Assembly: GCF_036588685.1 (NCBI RefSeq)
Contig: NC_086373.1
Coordinates: 88,164,001-88,228,000, forward strand
Direction: 5' to 3'
DNA length: 64,000 nucleotides
Origin: Mytilus trossulus
Taxonomy: Eukaryota
A program made the translations under genes and the position numbers. The notes under the pieces were generated by a model that saw nothing but the letters and a program-made list of their open reading frames with translations, did not search any database and was not told the origin of the DNA. Shown in pieces: positions 62,040 to 64,000 of the stretch; the stretch's first letter is position 1; each line of letters starts with the position of its first letter.

Positions 62040-63060
62040 TTGACATTATATTGCAATAGCTACATAATTTAGATAAAGTTTAAGGACGGATTTGAGCCAA
62101 AACGACTTATATCTTTAGTACCGATTTCTGAAACTGACATACGTTTGGAGGACGTGTTTTTTCAATAGACTGTCAGAATTTCAATAGAAACCAATTGTGC
62201 CCCTCTTCTTGTCGATTTGTTTCTTTATTATTATGAGGCTGACTTCATACAGGAACTTCTTAGGAAGAAAGCTAAGAAATGAGCAATATCCTTTAACTTT
62301 ACTTTCCGCTATATAGATTATGTTCTCTCACTAAATAATCCAAAATTTGATGACTATGTTGAACGAAACTATCCCATCGAACTAAAGCTAAAGGATACTA
62401 CAAATACAGTTAAGTTTGCACTATATCTTCACTCACATCTAGAAATTGACATGAGGTTCGGTTGAAAACAAAACTTCACGACAAAAGAGACAATTCAAGC
62501 TTCCCGATTGTAAACTTTCACGTTTCTATGTAGCAACATTCCAGCAGCGCCTTTATACGGAGTACATATCTCCTAAATTGATACGTGTTCCTGGGCTTGT
62601 ATTTCCTATCACGATTTGTTTGATAGAGGATTGGTTACAAGGAAGCTATTAAACCAAGAGTTCCAAATGGTAAAGTTTAAATCATCCCATCGTAAATTTT
62701 ACGGACACCATCACGAGACGGTTGACCGTTATGGAATTACCGTTTCACAGATGATATCGGATATGTTCGTTAAATAACTACAATCCCCTTCCCTTTTCAC
62801 AAATATGACCTACCAAATTATACTATTTACCGGATGTATTATCACATAAGCAACACGACGGGTTTCACACGTGGAGCAGGATCTGCTTACCTTTCCGGAG
62901 CACCTGAGATTACCCAGTTTTTGGTGGGGTTCGTGTTGCTAAGTATTTAGTTTTCTATGTTGTGTATTGTGTACTGTTATTTGTCTGTTTGTCTTTTTCT
63001 TCTTTAGCGTTGTCAGTTTATTTTCGCTCTATGAGTTTGACTGTCCCTCTGGTATCTTTT
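62040..63060 (+). mobile_element. Degenerate 5'-truncated Penelope-like retroelement (RT C-half, thumb, 3' tail)
   Basis: Remnants FGGRVF, TNCAPLLVDLFLYYYEADFIQELL, FNFTFRYID, SNIPAAP; the tail ggagcaggatctgcttacctttccggagcacc is shared with the 44140-45300 copy. Confidence 0.85.
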
Positions 63061-63229
63061 ACTCATCCTTTATGAAGCAATATTTTCTTAGTAATATTAC
63101 GCAATGGTTACAAAGTTTACAGTACAATTAAAAGGTCTAACGTTTTTTTAATATTTCGAACAAACCCAAAATTTATTCGAAAATACACTTCAATGATAAG
63201 ACAAATACCCCTTATTCAACTTTAAGGAC

Positions 63230-63630
63230 TAATTCATTTTTTGTACATTGTGAAATATTAACATATTTCATTAGTTATTCATGAAAAATGTAGCAATGCA
63301 TTTTTCTTCTTCATTTTCTCTTGAATGCACTAGATGAAGACATGTTAATTTTTTTGTCTTCATGAACGTCCCTGATGAAGGAAAATTCAAGAAAGCGATT
63401 TTGACGCACCGACTTTATGATATATATTGAATTCATTTTCGGTTCAATGTGAAATATTTACAATTTTTTTAGGTAAATTGTAAAACATGATCAACATGCA
63501 CTATTTCATGTAATTTTTTACTAGAATGTACCAATGTAAAGACATCTTCATTTTGCTATGTAGTTGAGTGTTACTGATGAAGGAAAATTAAAGTAAATGA
63601 GTTTGATGCACGAGCTATATAATATATGTT
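63230..63630 (+). repeat. Two diverged tandem units of about 200 nt, each with a hammerhead-like CTGATGAAGG motif (63372, 63574)
   Basis: ttcatttt...tgtgaaatatt recurs at about 63233 and 63432. First motif: CGUC-C-CUGAUGA-AGG..UUCAA-GAAA-GCGAUU-UUGACG. Confidence 0.55.
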
Positions 63631-64000
63631 TTGTTTTCTAGTACTAAAATGTAAGCTTCATAACCAATAATTACTACTACCTACAGTTTCATCAGCTATG
63701 TAGACAACGTGTAGGAACTGATATGGATTCTGGAATAAATTAACAATTGATAAATTTAGAAAAGTTATGTAACTAATTTTTAAAATTTGTTCTTTTGTGA
63801 ATTTTGGCATTGTTTTACATTATGATAAAATTGAGAATGGAAATGGGGAACGTGTCAAAGAGACAACAACCCGACCAAATAAAAAAAAACAAACAGCAGA
63901 AGGTCACCAACAGGTCTTCAATGTAGCGAGAAATTCCCGCACCCGGAGGCGTCCTTCAGCTGGCCCCTAAACAAATATATACTAGTTATATACGAGTACA

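Overview
AT-rich, intron-containing animal genomic DNA. The repeat families look like those of a bivalve mollusc such as Mytilus (inference). Host genes, assembled by eye from GT-AG exons: the 3' part of UXT (+, 95-3916); a complete 7-exon FAM185A-like gene (-, 15049-5179, about 396 aa); and a cluster of five two-exon, short, very Cys-rich caveolin loci (four intact, one pseudogene). Mobile DNA dominates the rest: (1) a young non-autonomous DNA transposon with 523-bp TIRs that begin with the V(D)J RSS heptamer CACAGTG and a 5-bp TSD (Transib/RAG-like hallmarks), in a UXT intron; (2) a full-length, very recent BEL/Pao LTR retrotransposon with atypical TG...TA LTR ends and a split gag-pol; (3) Penelope-like RT remnants plus dispersed ~350-nt and ~200-nt repeats carrying minimal type I hammerhead ribozymes (non-LTR retrozymes), one copy with an intact core; (4) a 52-bp satellite that appears derived from a hammerhead-like motif; and (5) Harbinger-, MULE-, Ginger-, Kolobok- and Tc1-like non-autonomous elements. 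Most short ORFs in the supplied track are spurious. All coordinates and counts were read manually.
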